Below, in pieces: positions 63,491-64,000 of a stretch of DNA of 64,000 nt. Position 1 is the stretch's first letter, and every line of letters begins with the position of its first letter. The notes under the pieces are model-generated. The model made no database searches. It was not told where the DNA came from and was given only the letters and a program-made list of their open reading frames with translations. The translations under genes and the position numbers were made by a program. This DNA comes from Euglena gracilis (Eukaryota): NCBI GenBank assembly GCA_039621445.1, contig CP154954.1:32899455-32963454 (forward strand). The letters are read 5' to 3'.

Positions 63491-64000
63491 CTGGGGGGGG
63501 ACAATGCCACGGGGGCAGGGGACAGGGGAGGTGGCACATAACCATTCCAACCATTGATTCACTGGGTGAACCCCTCCCCCCGGGGCGGCACGTTTCCCCC
63601 AGGGCCAAACCCACCCATCCATCCACCCACTTGTCGCAAAAACCCACCCACCCACAATCGCCCTACGGGGGTCAACCACCCGCCCACCCACCCAGAATCC
63701 AGCCAAAATCGCCTCAAAAACTTCTCTGACCCGGCCGTTGGCCAGGCAGAAAATCCGACCCTATCGCACCCCACCCCCAGGGGAGTCCACGGGCACAACC
63801 CACTCACCCACTCTCGAAACTCCCCCCGGGGGGGGTCACACAAGTGTTAAATGAATCTCTGGTTCCAACCTCATTTGATGTCCCTGCCACAACTTTGACT
63901 TCAGCGACACAGACAAATTATGGATGCTCCAGAGGCCACCACTGCTTGCGAGTGCATTCGTTCGGCTGATGGGACCTCCACCATAACCCCCCCCCCCAAA

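Overview
Eukaryotic nuclear DNA, most likely a euglenid such as Euglena gracilis (inferred, not searched). The inference rests on short GC-rich exons in repeat-dense introns, non-GT-AG introns with CAG at +4..+6 and CTG at -8..-6, TTAGGG motifs and a BLUF/PAC-type gene. The six-frame ORFs are mostly spurious, so genes were spliced by hand. All recognisable genes lie on the minus strand: a partial gene at the left edge, a FAM228-like gene (~1.8-14 kb), a coiled-coil + single BLUF + degenerate class III cyclase gene (~17.4-29.8 kb), a C2orf69/UPF0565-like gene (~31.8-43.4 kb), a weak Pro-rich model (~48-53 kb) and a partial hypothetical gene running off the right edge. Two main findings: (1) a bPAC-like flavin photoreceptor that keeps the BLUF Tyr/Gln pair but has lost all cyclase catalytic residues; (2) hAT-type MITEs (CAG...CTG ends, 8-bp TSDs) whose geometry matches the non-conventional intron rule (3 nt + 5 nt = 8 nt), with some introns here being MITE copies that retain TSD traces. 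All homology calls are from recalled family motifs, not database searches.
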